DNA from: Octopus bimaculoides
Taxonomy: Eukaryota
Assembly: GCF_001194135.2 (NCBI RefSeq)
Contig: NC_068982.1
Span: forward strand, 75,687,534-75,751,533
Direction of reading: 5' to 3'
Length of the DNA: 64,000 nucleotides
This document shows, piece after piece, positions 26,884-40,279 of this stretch; position 1 is the first letter of the stretch; every line of letters starts with the position of its first letter. The notes beneath the pieces are model-generated. The model made no database searches. It had not been told where the DNA came from and saw only the letters and a program-made list of their open reading frames with translations. Position numbers and translations under genes: made by a program.

Positions 26884-27450
26884 TGCAAACAAACTACAGC
26901 AGTTATTTTAATTTTCACCTTTCTTTAATATCATTTTATAAAAATTAATGTATTGTTTGAAGTCCACTTTTGTATATTCCCAAGGTTGATTGTTATAAAA
27001 ACTCATTAGTATGCGAAGTCAATTTCTGAGCTTCCACTTTTCACTGGTCGAATGGGTCAGATGGAATTTGTTGAGGCAGACTTTCTATGCCCGGATTCCC
27101 TACCGATCACCAACCCTTACCTTTTTCCAAGCAAAGAAATATTTCCTCATAGCCAGATATGTGCTTCATGGCAGAGTGGTTTACAACCGTCACTTGATGT
27201 CAAGAGATGGATGCACACGTGCACACACACACATGATGAGCTTCTTTTTGATTTTATTTATCAAATCCACTCACAAGGTTTTAATCAGCCTGAGGCTATA
27301 GTAGTAGACACTTGACCAAGGTGTTGTACTATAACCTGAGACTAGATGACACTTGCCCAAGACCAAATGATTGAGAACCAAAAGGCAAATGTAAACCTAA
27401 ACAGCTATAAAGGGTTAATATTACTTACACAATAATACTGTAATGCTTAC

Positions 27451-27599
27451 CTTGATAATAGAGATAGTAAATCTCCTCCAGGATAGAATTCCATGACAAA
27501 GTACAGATAATTAGCATCCTGAAAGGTGTAGTGAAGTTTTGTTATCCAGCAACTGTCAGCTTTAGCCATGATTTCTTTCTCTTCGGAGAAGAAAGACAC
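27451..27599 (-). CDS. CIT: Citron kinase coding exon (149 bp; alphaC to hinge), not in ORF track
   Basis: ttag acceptor, gtaagc donor; phase 0 in, phase 2 out. Encodes [49 protein letters not shown](R). Joins the 176-bp exon in frame. Confidence 0.93.
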
Positions 27600-29130
27600 C
27601 TAAGTGAGAAACAAAGAAATCAGAATGAAGCATTAGGACACTAACATACACATGAAATGAAGATCCTAAAATAAAGGAATTAAGATAATGGAACATCTTT
27701 GCTATTCCTAGAACGGAACTGACTAGATGACTGTTGGTTTGGATAAGTGCAATAAGATGTGTTAGAACTGAATATTGCTGCAAGATTTAAAGAATACTTA
27801 AATTCTGTATAAACATGAAAGAAAAATAAGTTAAGTTTGGTGAGAACATTAAGGATTAAATAGCTCAGTATATTTTTAACCTTTTACAAATAGTTATTAT
27901 TCAAGGCTCATTCAAGCAGCAAATAAGCAGCTGATCAACTTAAAATAAGTTCAAAGGAACTGATAATAGAAAATTTTGAACTTATGATCACCACATAAGC
28001 TTGTGTCTTTAACCATTTGCCTTTATGTCTTGAAGTAATAAAATTCTCAAAATAAAAATAAAATACTTATAGGCAAACATAAGAATCTGATGCATACTTA
28101 TAAAAAGAATGGCCATAAGGTTAAGAGGTTCATTTCACAAATGTGTGATTGTGGGTTCAGTCTCACTGCATGGCACCTTGGGTAAGTGTCTTTGACTATA
28201 GCCTCGATCAACCAATGCCTTGTGAGGAAATTTGGTAAAGAGAAACTGCAGAAAGACTATCAAATGTTTTGTCATTGTTTTAACATCCACTTTTCATGCT
28301 TGCATGGGTTGTCATGAGTTTATTGAAGCAGATTTTCATGGTTTGATGTTCCTCTGGTTGCCAGACTCTTCTATTTCCAAGCAAGGTCATATTTCCTTAT
28401 AGTCAGACATGAAAAAGAATGCCACTGCTTGTATGACAGTGACACTCATTTACATCTACCACACAATGCCAAGACGAAGAATCACAAAAACACTTACACA
28501 CTGGACTTCTCTCAGTTCCTGTATACCAAAACCACTCACAAGGCTTTAGTTGACCCAGGGTTAAAATTGAAGATACTTGGCTAAGGTGCCATGCAGTGGG
28601 ACTGAACTCAAAACAAATTGGTTGGGAGCAAACTTCTGAACCACAGCTGTCTGTGAGTGTGCAGAAGACCATCCATAAAATCCTGCCTCACATAACTCAT
28701 CTAAACCCATACCAGCATGGTGAAAAAGATGTTAAAGCTATCAAGTGAATTACACTATTCATGATACATGTGGGTACAATTCACATTAAAAGACACTGTA
28801 ATGAAACAGAAAGTTAGCTAACGAGTTATTTAAAAAAAGTTAGAAGTGTATTTCATGTGAAAAATATGTCATTTTTATAGATATTGGAAAACTTTCAATA
28901 TGTCATCATATATCGACTAATCTGCTTTTACTGTCGTATTCCATATACTTAGATCACTCACAAGTTGTATGGAAAGTCAAGTTACAAGTTTGACATATAG
29001 CATTATGCAAACATGACAACATGTTACAAATCAAATAATCAGACAAACGTATGTCTAATGAGGATGATTAGTATAAAACATTCTATGTCTCTCAACTGAA
29101 ATTCTATTATTGTTGTTATTATTATGATTA

Positions 29131-29323
29131 AGGTTCTGAGCTGGTAGAATTGTTAGCACACAGGGCAAATTGCTTAGAAACTTTAAGTTTGTCTTTATGT
29201 TCTGAGTTCAAATTCTGTTGAGGTGAACTTTGCTTTTCATCATTTCAGGGGCAACAAATTAAGTACTAGTCAAGCACTGCAGTAGACATCATCAACTATA
29301 GCCCCTCTCCACAAATTTCAGAA

Positions 29324-29365
<42 letters not shown>

Positions 29366-29880
29366 GTTAGGGTGACAAGCTCGCAGAATTGTTAGCATGT
29401 TGGACAGAGTTCAAATTTTGTCAAAGTCAACTTTGCCTTTCATCCTTTATGGATCAATGAAATAAGTTCTAGGAGTCAATGTAATTGACTTACTTCCTCT
29501 CCTTTAAATTGCTGGCTTTGTGCTAAAATTTGAAATATTATTGACATGGCAAGCTGGAAGAACTGTTAATGCATCAGACAGAGTTCAAATTCCACCAAGG
29601 TCGATGAAATAACTACACATTGAGCATTGGGGTTGATGTAACCAACAAAAACCCTACCCTAAAATGGCTTTCCTTGTAACAAAATTAGAAAGAATCATTA
29701 AGGTGGTGAGCAGGAAGAATCATTAGCCTGCTGGACAAAAAGCTTAGCAGCATTTCTGAAAGCTGAGTTCAAATTCTGCTGGCATCAACTGTGCTTTCAT
29801 TTTTCAGGGTCAATGAAAATAAGTATCAATGGTGCATGGGTTGATGAAAATTTTAGTGTTGTGCTTCTAGTAGAAAGGTA
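29131..29880 (+). mobile_element. Four head-to-tail S1 SINE copies
   Basis: Heads at about 29131, 29370, 29545 and 29701, each with AGCTGG-AGAA-(T/C)GTTAG and GAGTTCAAATT; (ATT)n linkers. Confidence 0.75.
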
Positions 29881-30074
29881 AATATCGTTATTATTATTAT
29901 TATTATTATTATCATAATTATAACACTTGTCATTTTACATTCTGAATTCCATTTCTGTTAAAGCAAACTTTGCATGCCAGGGTCACAAAAAACAAGTGAC
30001 AGTCAGTTACTGTTTGATCCAATTTCTGACTGTTCCCTCTTGCAAAAGTCATGGCTATGTGCTAATAATAAATA

Positions 30075-30635
30075 TTTTAAATTTTTTGGCACAGGATCAG
30101 TAGTTTTTGAGGAGAGGGGGAAATTGATTACATCGACCTCAGTACTTAACTTATTTTATTGACCCCAAAAGGATGAAAGGCAAAGTCGACCTCAACAGAA
30201 TTTGAACTCAGAACATAATTCTAGAAGAAATGCCATAAAGTATAATAAGGATTTCTTTTAGGTGGTGGTTGATTGCATTAACCCCAGTACCTGATAGGTA
30301 CTTTACCAACCCGGAAAAGATAAAAAGCAAAGTTGACCTTGGTGTTATTTGAATTCAACATAAAGAACTGGAAGACATGTCGTAAAGTATTTTGTCTGAC
30401 ACACTAATGAATCTACCAGTTCACTGCCTTAATAATAAGGGTTTCTAATTTAAGTATAAGGCCAACAATTTTGAGGGAAGAGTTCAGCTGATACCACTGA
30501 TCCAGTATTTGATGGGTAAATCCCTAGAGAGATGAATGGCAAAGGTGTCCTCAGCAGGATTTGAACTCGGAATGTAAAATATCAGAATACTGCAAAAAAT
30601 TTTCTAGCATTCTAATGATTCTGTCAGCTTACAAG
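30075..30635 (-). mobile_element. Three head-to-tail S1 SINE copies (minus orientation)
   Basis: Repeated TTTGAACTC/TTTGAATTC and GGCAAAG(T/G) blocks at about 30075-30240, 30250-30430 and 30441-30635. Confidence 0.75.
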
Positions 30636-30749
30636 GAAAAGGAATCGTTGTCATTGTCCTCTTCAATTATCATCATCATCATAATTATATAATTTAGATA
30701 TTTTTTTTCATAAACAAACACTATTGGGATAATAATAGCAATAACTTAC

Positions 30750-30925
30750 ATCAGATTGAGCTAGAGTTTTACTTTTCTCCAGCATTTTCATAGCATGGAC
30801 AGTGCCACTATATCTCTCACGCACCACACGAACCTCCCCGAAATGACCACGGCCAATGATTTCCTTCACTTCAAAATCTGTAGCTTTTAACCGGAGTTTT
30901 GCTATTTCCTGGACAGTTTTCTTGT
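30750..30925 (-). CDS. CIT: Citron Rho-interacting kinase coding exon (176 bp; Gly-rich loop and catalytic Lys)
   Basis: tttacag acceptor, gtaagt donor; phase 1 in, phase 0 out. Encodes (Y)KKTVQEIAKLRLKATDFEVKEIIGRGHFGEVRVVRERYSGTVHAMKMLEKSKTLAQSD. GxGHF is typical of citron, versus GRGAF in ROCK/MRCK/DMPK. Confidence 0.93.
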
Positions 30926-31186
30926 CTGTAAATAAGAAACAATAAATTAGTAAATATACATGCACTCAATATACACAATTCCTTATATACATCTTTCCTA
31001 TTACTCCCACCCACCCTTATACATAGCTATTCAGCACTGTATAAGAGTGGGTGGGAGTAGCAGGAAAGAAGATGGAGATAGTGATGCCAGAATGAACTAT
31101 GCTGACTGACATATGAGTAATTTTTAGGGATTTTTAATAAGAACAGAGTTTCTGATAGTTGCTACATTGTTCATGATGTGTGCACA

Positions 31187-31228
<42 letters not shown>

Positions 31229-31794
31229 GATATATATATATATATATATACACACTTATATTCTATTTAGTTATCAAATAGATGAGCTTAAAATATAACA
31301 TCTCTTGAATTTCTTAAGTTCTTTGTGGTTTCTTCTGTAACTCAATGTTAAACTACTTCCAATGTTTATACTCCTTTTCTACAATGGCATACTCTTCAAA
31401 CTCTGCTGCAGCCATTCTGATGTAATTGAGCTCAAGCTAACAAAAGAACCTGCTAGATATAGCAGCCAAATATCCTTGAAACCACATGCAAACCATCTAA
31501 CAGAAAACAAACACACTAGATAATGTAGTCATGGATATACAGATTGAAAATAACATGTGAAGGCCATGGCTGGGGTGCTTTAATCAAAGTTGGTCTGAAG
31601 CTAAGCAACAACATCTTGCACTTTTCTGGGGTGAATAATAATGAGTTGTCAGATAAATTTGTTCATTTCTTTTCAGTGATATTTGAATAAACATGAAAAA
31701 AAAAAAACATTTTTTTTTTTTGTAGTTCTGTTCTTCCTCTTCAAATTCTTCAAATTATTTTTGAAATTTGAATAAATTTTATCTCTCTTCAGAC

Positions 31795-32110
31795 ATATGA
31801 CAATGAAGTGCCACCTTCTTCCACATGACACCACACACCATCACTTCATTAATCTGATCATCAAAGAGCTCAGTTGGGAAGTTTTACCGCACTCACTGTA
31901 TTCTCCTAATACAGGGCCTTAAGATTATTGCCATTTTCAATCACTTTCCAACACTACGTGGTGATTCTTTTAACAACTCAGAGCTGAAAAGGTGGCTAAA
32001 TGAATTCTTTGGGTGAAAACCAGTGATTTCTACTGTCAAGGCATTAACAAGCCAGTGGGACGTAGATAAGTAAACATGAACAATGAAGGAGAATATATTA
32101 TTGGCTGGTT
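31795..32110 (+). mobile_element. Mariner transposase C-terminal remnant
   Basis: LSWEVLPHSLYSPNTGP*DYCHFQSLSN, then (shifted) LKRWLNEFF...NNEGEYII, matches mariner LGWEVLPHPPYSPDLAPSDYHLFRSL. Confidence 0.75.
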
Positions 32111-32994
32111 TGTTAAAATTGTTAATGAAAATTATTGAGGGAGTAGAATGAACAAATTTATCTGATAAAGAACATAAAACTAATAAAAACCATGAAATCT
32201 TGAAATGTTTAATAACAGTTTGATAGTTGCAGGCAATGTTCAATAATATTGGATATTATCAAATTTCATAAATATGCATTTTATCAAACATCTGAAACCT
32301 TTTACTGTCAGTCTTTTATAAAGCTACTTGACAGGCTGACAATGTCAGTGATATGATAAAAATTAATTTAATTCTATTTAAATATTTAATTGCAGTTCTC
32401 ATGTTAACTATTTCACTGAAAGAAGAAAGATAATTGTTATCAACTGATGAAAACTTGCAAATACTCCTAGATATTTGAAGTCAGGTTATATTAATATAGA
32501 AACAATCAAAAGTTAATTAAAAAAGTTATTACAGTTAATACTTTGTGATATGTTACATTTATAATAAAGATACTAGTTATAATAAAGGTGTTAATGAGAA
32601 ATTTAAATACACAGAAATACCAATTTCAATTAATGTTGGTTTTCAGAAAGATATGTTTCTCTTCTATTACTGCAGAGAATTTCCAGTATAAGTTACCATT
32701 TACCTTACTAGCAATTCTATCCCCAAATCGTAAACATAACCTATTTAATTAGATATTTTTTAATTACATAAATCAGAGGTGTCAAACTTGTTTGGTTTGG
32801 CAGACCAGATTTAACACTTCTACCAAGCCTATCTGGTGCCATATTTTCTTTTGCACCATTGGTTTAATTTTGTTTTAAATTATGCTTTCTGTGTCAGTTT
32901 GTAAATATGAAGCTAGAGCTCTACAGTGTAGACAAGTTGAGTTTTTTTCATGTCTTATTTTACCTCAATTACTATAATTAGATAACAAAATTGC

Positions 32995-33180
32995 AGTAAA
33001 CTACTTGTGTTCCTATCAATTTGAAATTAATGAAAAATTTACTAAAATAATTGTCATTATTAAACCAGTGTTTAAAACATATGGAATTTTGATGGAAGGT
33101 TTTAATTTAGATCATTTTAAAACATAAAGTTTGTATCACAGAACCAGGGGCAGTCACAGGCAGATTGGTATCAAAAGGAT
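32995..33180 (-). mobile_element. piggyBac-type MITE, second copy
   Basis: Reverse complement aligns with 22190-22400 (CCTTTTGATAC...TGCCTG...AAATTAAAACCT(T/G)CCATCAAAATT). Confidence 0.6.
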
Positions 33181-33182
33181 TA

Positions 33183-34386
33183 TGAGGGCTGGTTGAAAAG
33201 TTCATAGGCTGACCAAGATACTCTCATGGAATGTGACCAATTGAGGTTTATTTTACAACATCATCCCCCTTGTAGTTCACACACTTCTTCCATGAGTGTT
33301 GCATTGGTTAAGAAGCTTTCATCCAGTTGGGGGGAAAAAGTAATCAACAACAGATATGACATCATCACTGTGACACTGATTTCCAGTCAAGTGTTTTTTT
33401 GTTTTTTTTTTATGATGATAGCCAGATGGAGCCAAATCAGGAGAAAAGAGAGACTGATAAACCAATTCAAAGCCACAGTCACACACAGCAGCCATTGAAA
33501 CCATGGGATTTTGTGCTGGAGCATTGTCTCAACGAAAGATGATCCTTTCCATCAGTCTTCCTGAGTGTTTGGTCTTGACAGCCTTCTGTAACTGCCTCAG
33601 TAATTGATAGTGTGACCCTTTTGAAGATTGCCAATAAATACAATGCCTTTTGCATCCCAAAAACTGAGGCCATCACCTTCTCAGCAGATGAAATGACCTT
33701 GGCCTTCTTTGGACCAGGTGAGGACAGGTGTTTCCACTACGTGGATAGTCTCCTTGTCTGGCTCAAAGTGATGAACCCAATACTCACCCTGGGTTAGGAA
33801 ACATTCAAGGAAACCAGCTGGATCTACCTTAAACAATGTCAGATTTTCCTGTGATGTGATCAACTGGGTACACTTTTGATCAGGTGTCAGAAGATGTGGC
33901 ACCTATCGAGCAGAACCCTTTGTCATGCCAAGTTCATAGTGCAGAATATTCTCAACTCTCTCACGGAATATGCTAATAGCATTGAATATTTGATTTATAG
34001 TCAATCACCTGTCATCCATCACCATGTGGTAAACAAAATCAATGTTTTCTTTGGTGGTGGCAGAAAGGTCATCTTTAAGACTGCCCCTTCCCTTCCTAAA
34101 GTCAGCTGCCAAAAGCTGCAGTGTCATCCCCTAATGTAGTAACCATGTGAGTATCAATGTCCTTGTGGAGCTAAACCCTTTTTCTGCAGGTACTTGATAA
34201 TACCATGATGCCAAATTTTGTCCATTTCAAGAGAAGTCACTACTAGTTACTCTGAAGTCTACTATGAACAATCAGGAGTCAATTTACCTGAGAAGAAACA
34301 ATACAGTTATTAATAAGAAGAGTTGGAATTAATGCATGTAAGATTTTACAGCTCTAGCATCACTCTTGATAGTCAGCTCACCTTCA
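33183..34386 (-). mobile_element. Mariner-family transposon, decayed, about 1.2 kb
   Basis: Peptides PHLLTPDQK, FLTQGEYWVHHFEP and FSPDLAPSGYH. Ends TA-TGAGGGCTGG and degenerate CACCTTCA-TA. Confidence 0.8.
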
Positions 34387-34450
34387 TAAAAAAATTGAAT
34401 AATTTTTCCCTTGGATAACTTTAAAACCCTTTTAATAAAAAACAGAGCTA

Positions 34451-34581
34451 AACTAGAAAAGCACTCAGAGAGCGCAGACCTCCGCCAAGCAGCTCATTTC
34501 CACCCATATACACGCATGCTGAAAATCGCCCAATTTCCCAAACCAACGCCGGCAAAAACATAACCTCCTTGGCAGGGGTAA
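34451..34581 (+). mobile_element. Short Helentron-type non-autonomous element (HINE/DINE-1-like)
   Basis: Subterminal ACCTCCGCCAAG (34478-34489), imperfect inverted partner CTTGGCAGGGGT (34568-34579) forming a terminal hairpin with AACCTCC; A/T-run flanks. Confidence 0.55.
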
Positions 34582-35129
34582 AAAAAAAAAAAAATAACAG
34601 TCACTTTCACCACCACAACCAGTATAACCACTACAATACCACCATCACACAACTAACACTATCATCAACACCACTATTACCACCATCACCTCAGCATCAC
34701 ACCGCTCCTGTCACCATTATATCCACCGATACTATTTTATCCTCCTACCATACTTATCTCGACCATCGTCATCATCAACACTCTGTTTTCACCACAATCA
34801 CCGTCAAAACTACAATCACCACAATCAGTTTCTTTACACTGTTGAAAATCTATTATCTGATACTCATGGGACCGAGATTGTTGCAGATTTTTGATTTTTC
34901 TAATTTCGGAGTTTTTCATTAAAAAAAAAAAAAAACTATTAAAAATTTGCATCTACAAAACAGAACAGTTTGAGGATGGAAACTAGGTCTAAACACAATA
35001 GCCTATAGACATACTCTGAATGTAGTTCTATATAAATCTTTAATAATTTTTTTATACTTAAGACCATCAGCCTCTACCCACATCATGCTTTGATTAAAAG
35101 GTTACAGCATAGATTAGATTACTTAGATA

Positions 35130-35604
35130 AGTTTCGGCCAAAGTTGACTTAGGCCATGTCTAATTTAATAGCACTACCTGGAAGAGATACACAGTCAGCT
35201 CTGGGGAACTGTAGCCCATTCAAACAGAGGGTTATTGTCTTCAGAGACATATCAGGGTGTGGGTGGTTTATCTGGTATTTGTTGGGGGGGTAATCATCTA
35301 GGGATTATTTGAATGCTGTGAAGTCACTTTCCTCCTTTGTGTGTGTCTGGCACGATGTTGAAGAGAGCAGGGCCAATTGAGGTGAAATAGTTCTGTCATA
35401 GTGCTGTGATACGACATGAACATTTCTGTAGTGGATGGATGGTATGGGGGCCAAGCCTCGGACAAATTTTAAAGATGGGCAATGTTAATGGAATATTTTC
35501 CACACCATACAGAAGATATAGAGCTCACAGCGGCGGTGGAGGGAGCAAAGCCTGAGCTTTTTGAGTCGATCCAAATAGTCAAGGCCTGTCATATTATCCT
35601 CCAC
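35130..35604 (-). mobile_element. CR1/L2-group LINE 3' fragment
   Basis: VEDNMTGLDYLDRLKKLRLCSLHRRCELYIFCMVWKIF and YFTSIGPALFNIVP match the YxERLKxLxLxSLxxRR and GPxLFNxLP motifs. Confidence 0.7.
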
Positions 35605-35983
35605 AGACCTCCGCCAAGCAGTTCATTATAAGATAGATACGCGAGTAAAATCACTAATAGAGAAATGAAATAAACTTTGGAATCAGCAACGCTACCATAA
35701 GTTACGTGGAAACAATGAACGTGTTTTCAAGGGAGATAATCAAAGAACATAACATTGTAATACTTCATATAAAGTATATATAACAAATGAAAAATCCTTC
35801 AAGAATCCATAAAAATTCCAGGATCACCACCAAAGTTTCATCATCTGTTCCTTGTGTCATAACGAACTTTTCCTGCAAGTTTCATCAAATAACGTTCACA
35901 ACTTTTTGAGTTATTTTGCACACAGACAGACAAACGGACAAACCAACACCGATGAAAACAACCTCCTTCCTTGGCGGAGGTAA
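35604..35983 (+). mobile_element. Longer Helentron-type non-autonomous element of the same family
   Basis: ACCTCCGCCAAG at 35607-35618 and exact inverted CTTGGCGGAGGT at 35970-35981 inside an ACCTCC...GGAGGT hairpin; internal (CAGA)n-like microsatellite. Confidence 0.6.
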
Positions 35984-38900
35984 AAACATAAGCAAGCTAA
36001 ACTTTCAGTGATAAGATAATACGAAAGACTAGTGGAGGTCACACAGCTTGTAAACATTTTTCAATAACTCAAATGCTACATTAAAAAAAAAATAGTCCCA
36101 ATTTAGAAAAGACATAATAAGAAACACAGTGAATACATCAAGATGCTGAAGCATGACTATTGGGGGTATGGCGTGCTAGACTTAGCATATTGCTTAATTT
36201 AACAAATTTAAAATCAATATCACTTTCTCTTCATGTTTGAGGTGATTGTTATTTAACCCAGGTCTGTTCTGATTGAATAGATCTATGCTCAAGGTATTCT
36301 AGATATGATCATCTTTTCACATTTACTTAGGACTACACTATCCTAATGCATCCTTTCCTTTTTTTTCTGAGCCAGGAGGGACATTTAGTTGTTATTTCCA
36401 ACAAGCTGATTGACTATATACAGGCTCCCACAACTCTTCTCTATGGTCAGTGACGTTAGCAAATGAGGATCCCTGCTATATAAAAATAAAGTTGCCACAA
36501 CAATTCATAAGCAAATAAATGAAATTTGCTAATAACAACACACTTAAGATAGCATATGGGGAGTGGGGTGTTGGAAAAATGGATATAAACCTGAATAATA
36601 TAGGAAGGTAATTCCCTCCATCACATAGCTATAGAAAGCATTTTTTACCGCTACATTCTTTGCATGCCTTCACACAGTGAAAAGATTAGAAGCTATGAAA
36701 TAAGGCAGTTTGTCATAGCTATCAGTTGCATCCAATAAATTATAAAACTAACCTTCAGGAAACCAGATACATTCATATCCAGTACAAGTGTGAAGGAAAG
36801 AAATAGTGGGGAGACAGGATGTGATGTTAAAAACAAAACAGAAAGAAAGTAAAAGAAAAACTACAACCATTTTGGCAATTTCCAAACTTCTAGATAAATA
36901 TAGCAAACAATATTCTGGCACAAAAAATGAGATTCAAACACCAGATTTACGTATCTATACAAATGGGCTTTTTTTTTTTTTTTCATTTTTATTCTGTTGG
37001 TGATTATCTTCACTTCTTGTTGCATTACAAGATGATGACAGACAAGATAAGTTTCCAAAGGAACTAACAAGTATTTCTGATATATAACTGAATCAAACCT
37101 GTTCAATTGATTTGTTGAAAGACAATGTTATGTTGACAAACAATCTACTGGGAAAACTAAAAACATCTATGTTTAACAGCAAAAGTCAACACAAAAGACA
37201 ATAGGAACAACCAAATACTATATAATAGAGACAAGTAAAGATGATGATGATTTGTGTGTGTATATGCAGGTATGACTGTGTGGTAAATTCTGGATTCAGT
37301 TCTACTGCACGGCACCATGGACAAGTGTCTTCTACTATAGCCCTGGGCTGACCAAAGACTTTTGAGTGGATTTGGTAGACAATAACTGAAAGAAGTCCAT
37401 TGTATACATGCGTGTATGTGTGCGTGAGCATTTGTGCGTCCTGCTGCCATTTGATAACTGGTAGTTTATTTACATCCTCATAACTTATCAGTTTGGCAAA
37501 AGAGACCAACAGAATAAGTACCTGGTTTTAAAAAAACAAAACTACTGGGGTTGATTTGTTTGACAAAAACCATTTCAAGGTGGTGCCCTAGCACAGCCAC
37601 AGTTCAATGACTGAAACAAGTAAAAGATAAAAGATACACACACACACATGAAAGCATGTCTAGTTTTGCTCTAAAATAATTTTGGAGTTATAAAAGCAAT
37701 TGGGGACACATTCAGCTTTAACAAGCAAAAGGATTATGATTTTGGTCTACTTAGTAACATCAACTTCAGCACATGTTCTTTGATGGAGTCACACAGAATT
37801 GATTTTTAATGCATGACATTATTATCATTATGTTGTAGTAGTATGTTAACAACATACAAAAATACACAAGATCTATCTATAGACACCATGAAATGGGACT
37901 GTAGCAGCATGTGTTGGCAAAAATCAAATCTAAATTTAGCAAATCCATTTACTACTTAAGAAGCATTCAGTAAGACCCAGCTTTACTTGAATAAAGTTAA
38001 TGGAATCCCTTTGAAGAGAATATCCCTAAAAGGTCAAAACTTTTCAGACTTGTTAGAATTTTTGCAAACTTATTCACCTAACATTGCCCACCTGCAATCA
38101 CACATTTCTTACATGTTTTAAAATAATAATAAAAAAGTCATAAAGTCTTGGGAGTTTCTTACAGCCAGTTTGTAATTAACAAAACACTGGCTGTGCTACC
38201 ATTTTACCAGTATCTAGTAAACCAACATGCAACAACACTTTTGGTTCATCCAATTATTGATGTGACTATTTGAGTTTAAAACTCAAATCTAGCAACAATA
38301 CTCTACATACAAACTTTCAATCTGAATACTTGTGCTTCTACTAATATCAGTTAATATTACCTTTCATTAGAAGCTCACAGCTAAAGGACTGTGAATGTAT
38401 CAAAATAGCTGTTGCTATTTGATAACCAATACTGTATGTGCAGCCAGGATGAATCCAAAGGGTAAGTTATTACTACATGTAACGTAGTCAATGTTCAGAC
38501 AAATTCATAACAAGGATATATTTAAACTCAAATGTATAGGACATTACACATAAAACACCTTCTTTATTAATTACTCACCATTTCACCCAGATCTTTCACA
38601 AAAATAACTATTAAGATTTAACAAGATTCTCTTCTAAGCCTATTTTAAAAAATGTATGCTATCAGTGAATCTTTTTTATCCTTCAGAAGTGAACAATTTG
38701 ATAACAAACAGAATATATAAATTGAAACATAAGGATCAATAACATACACACACAATCCCTTACTTGAAAAATAGTTAAAGGATTGTACCAGGAAGAGCAT
38801 GGGAAAACAGATGTTGAACCAACCAATGAATATACAGTATGTTTGTGTGTACCCTTGCCTTGATGTTATGTGATAGTTGTAAACAAGCAATACCATACAC

Positions 38901-39657
38901 AGGCAATCTAGTTTGTTTCCAATCTTCTGTGAAAAACATGTCTGACCATGGGGAAACACTTTGCTTGGAAACAGGTGAGGGTTGACAACAGGAAGGACAT
39001 CCAGCCAAAGAAAATCTGCCTCAGTGCATTCCATCTGACCCATACAAACATAAAAAAGTGGATGTTAAAATGACAATAATGATAATGCATACACAGTAAC
39101 ACCTTGACTCCTGAGTCATCATCATTATTTAATGTCTGGCTTCCATGCTGGCATGGGTTGAATAGTTTGACAGGAGCTGGCAAGCCAGAGGAGTGCACCA
39201 AGTTCCACTGTCTCTTTTTGCATGGCTTTTATGGCTAGATGCCCTTCCTGATGCCAACAGTTCCAAATATCTAATCATTAAGAATTTAATTCAAATACAA
39301 ATAATAATTTCTAACATAACAAACTGGTCCCAAATTTGTGAGAGAGATATGACCTATTAAATCACCTTCCAGCACATGACTGGTTTTTATTTTCAAACTT
39401 TGATATGAAGTTGACCTCACTGAGATTTGAACTCATAATGTAAAAGTTCATAACTAAATGCAGTAAGACTTTGCCTCAAGCTCTAACAATTATACCAATC
39501 CTCTACCCTAAATTGTTATAGATGATGGGTAGTATTCTTACAAGTGAGATTTGACTTAAAATTTGAAAGTGTTAAATAAAGAACATAAAAGTTTAAGCAT
39601 AACCCATGATCATTCCTATTAAATCAATTATAAATAAAATATATATATATATATGTA

Positions 39658-39694
<37 letters not shown>

Positions 39695-40279
39695 NNNNNN
39701 NNNNTATATATACAATCCATCCCTACCACCACTCATTCATTCACCACATGACTGCTGCTTGTTTCAGTTTCATCATTTGATATGGTTTTACTACTCATAT
39801 TGGTTCACTTGAAATAGGAGTATCCCACACAACTCTTTTTTAGAAATGTATCCCCTCCTTTGCAAGACACCCGTGCTTGTCCCTCTATCATACTTTAGAC
39901 TTTCAACATCTAGCATAAAGCCAGCTCGCTCCTCACAAATATTCCACCCACTTGTTCATTTTTTATTTATTTCTTTCCTTTCCCTGTGCTTTTTCAGTTT
40001 TGCAAGTTACTTGGCAACCTCACTAGTGCTGGTGACATGAAGAAAAAAAGCACCCAGTACAAACAATAAAGTATTTGGTGTTAGGAAGAGCATCCAACTG
40101 TAAAAACCATGCTAAAGATGACATTGCACATTGGTGCAGCCCTGTGGCTCACCAGATCCTGTCAAACCTACCAACACATGCTAGCAGAGAAGGACATTAA
40201 ATAATGAGGTGTCAAGAATTCCTTGCTTCCATAACCTTCTTTCCCTTTCTTTATAAATTTCATATTAGTAAATGCAAGA

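Noticed and set aside
31353-31415. Minus-strand MAAAEFEEYAIVEKEYKHWK* resembling the RBBP4/7 N-terminus
   Set aside because: Only 20 codons; similarity does not continue past the stop and there is no splice support.
38579-38639. Possible extra CIT exon ending in a strong GTGAGT donor
   Set aside because: 61 bp, not frame-preserving, no kinase or citron similarity.
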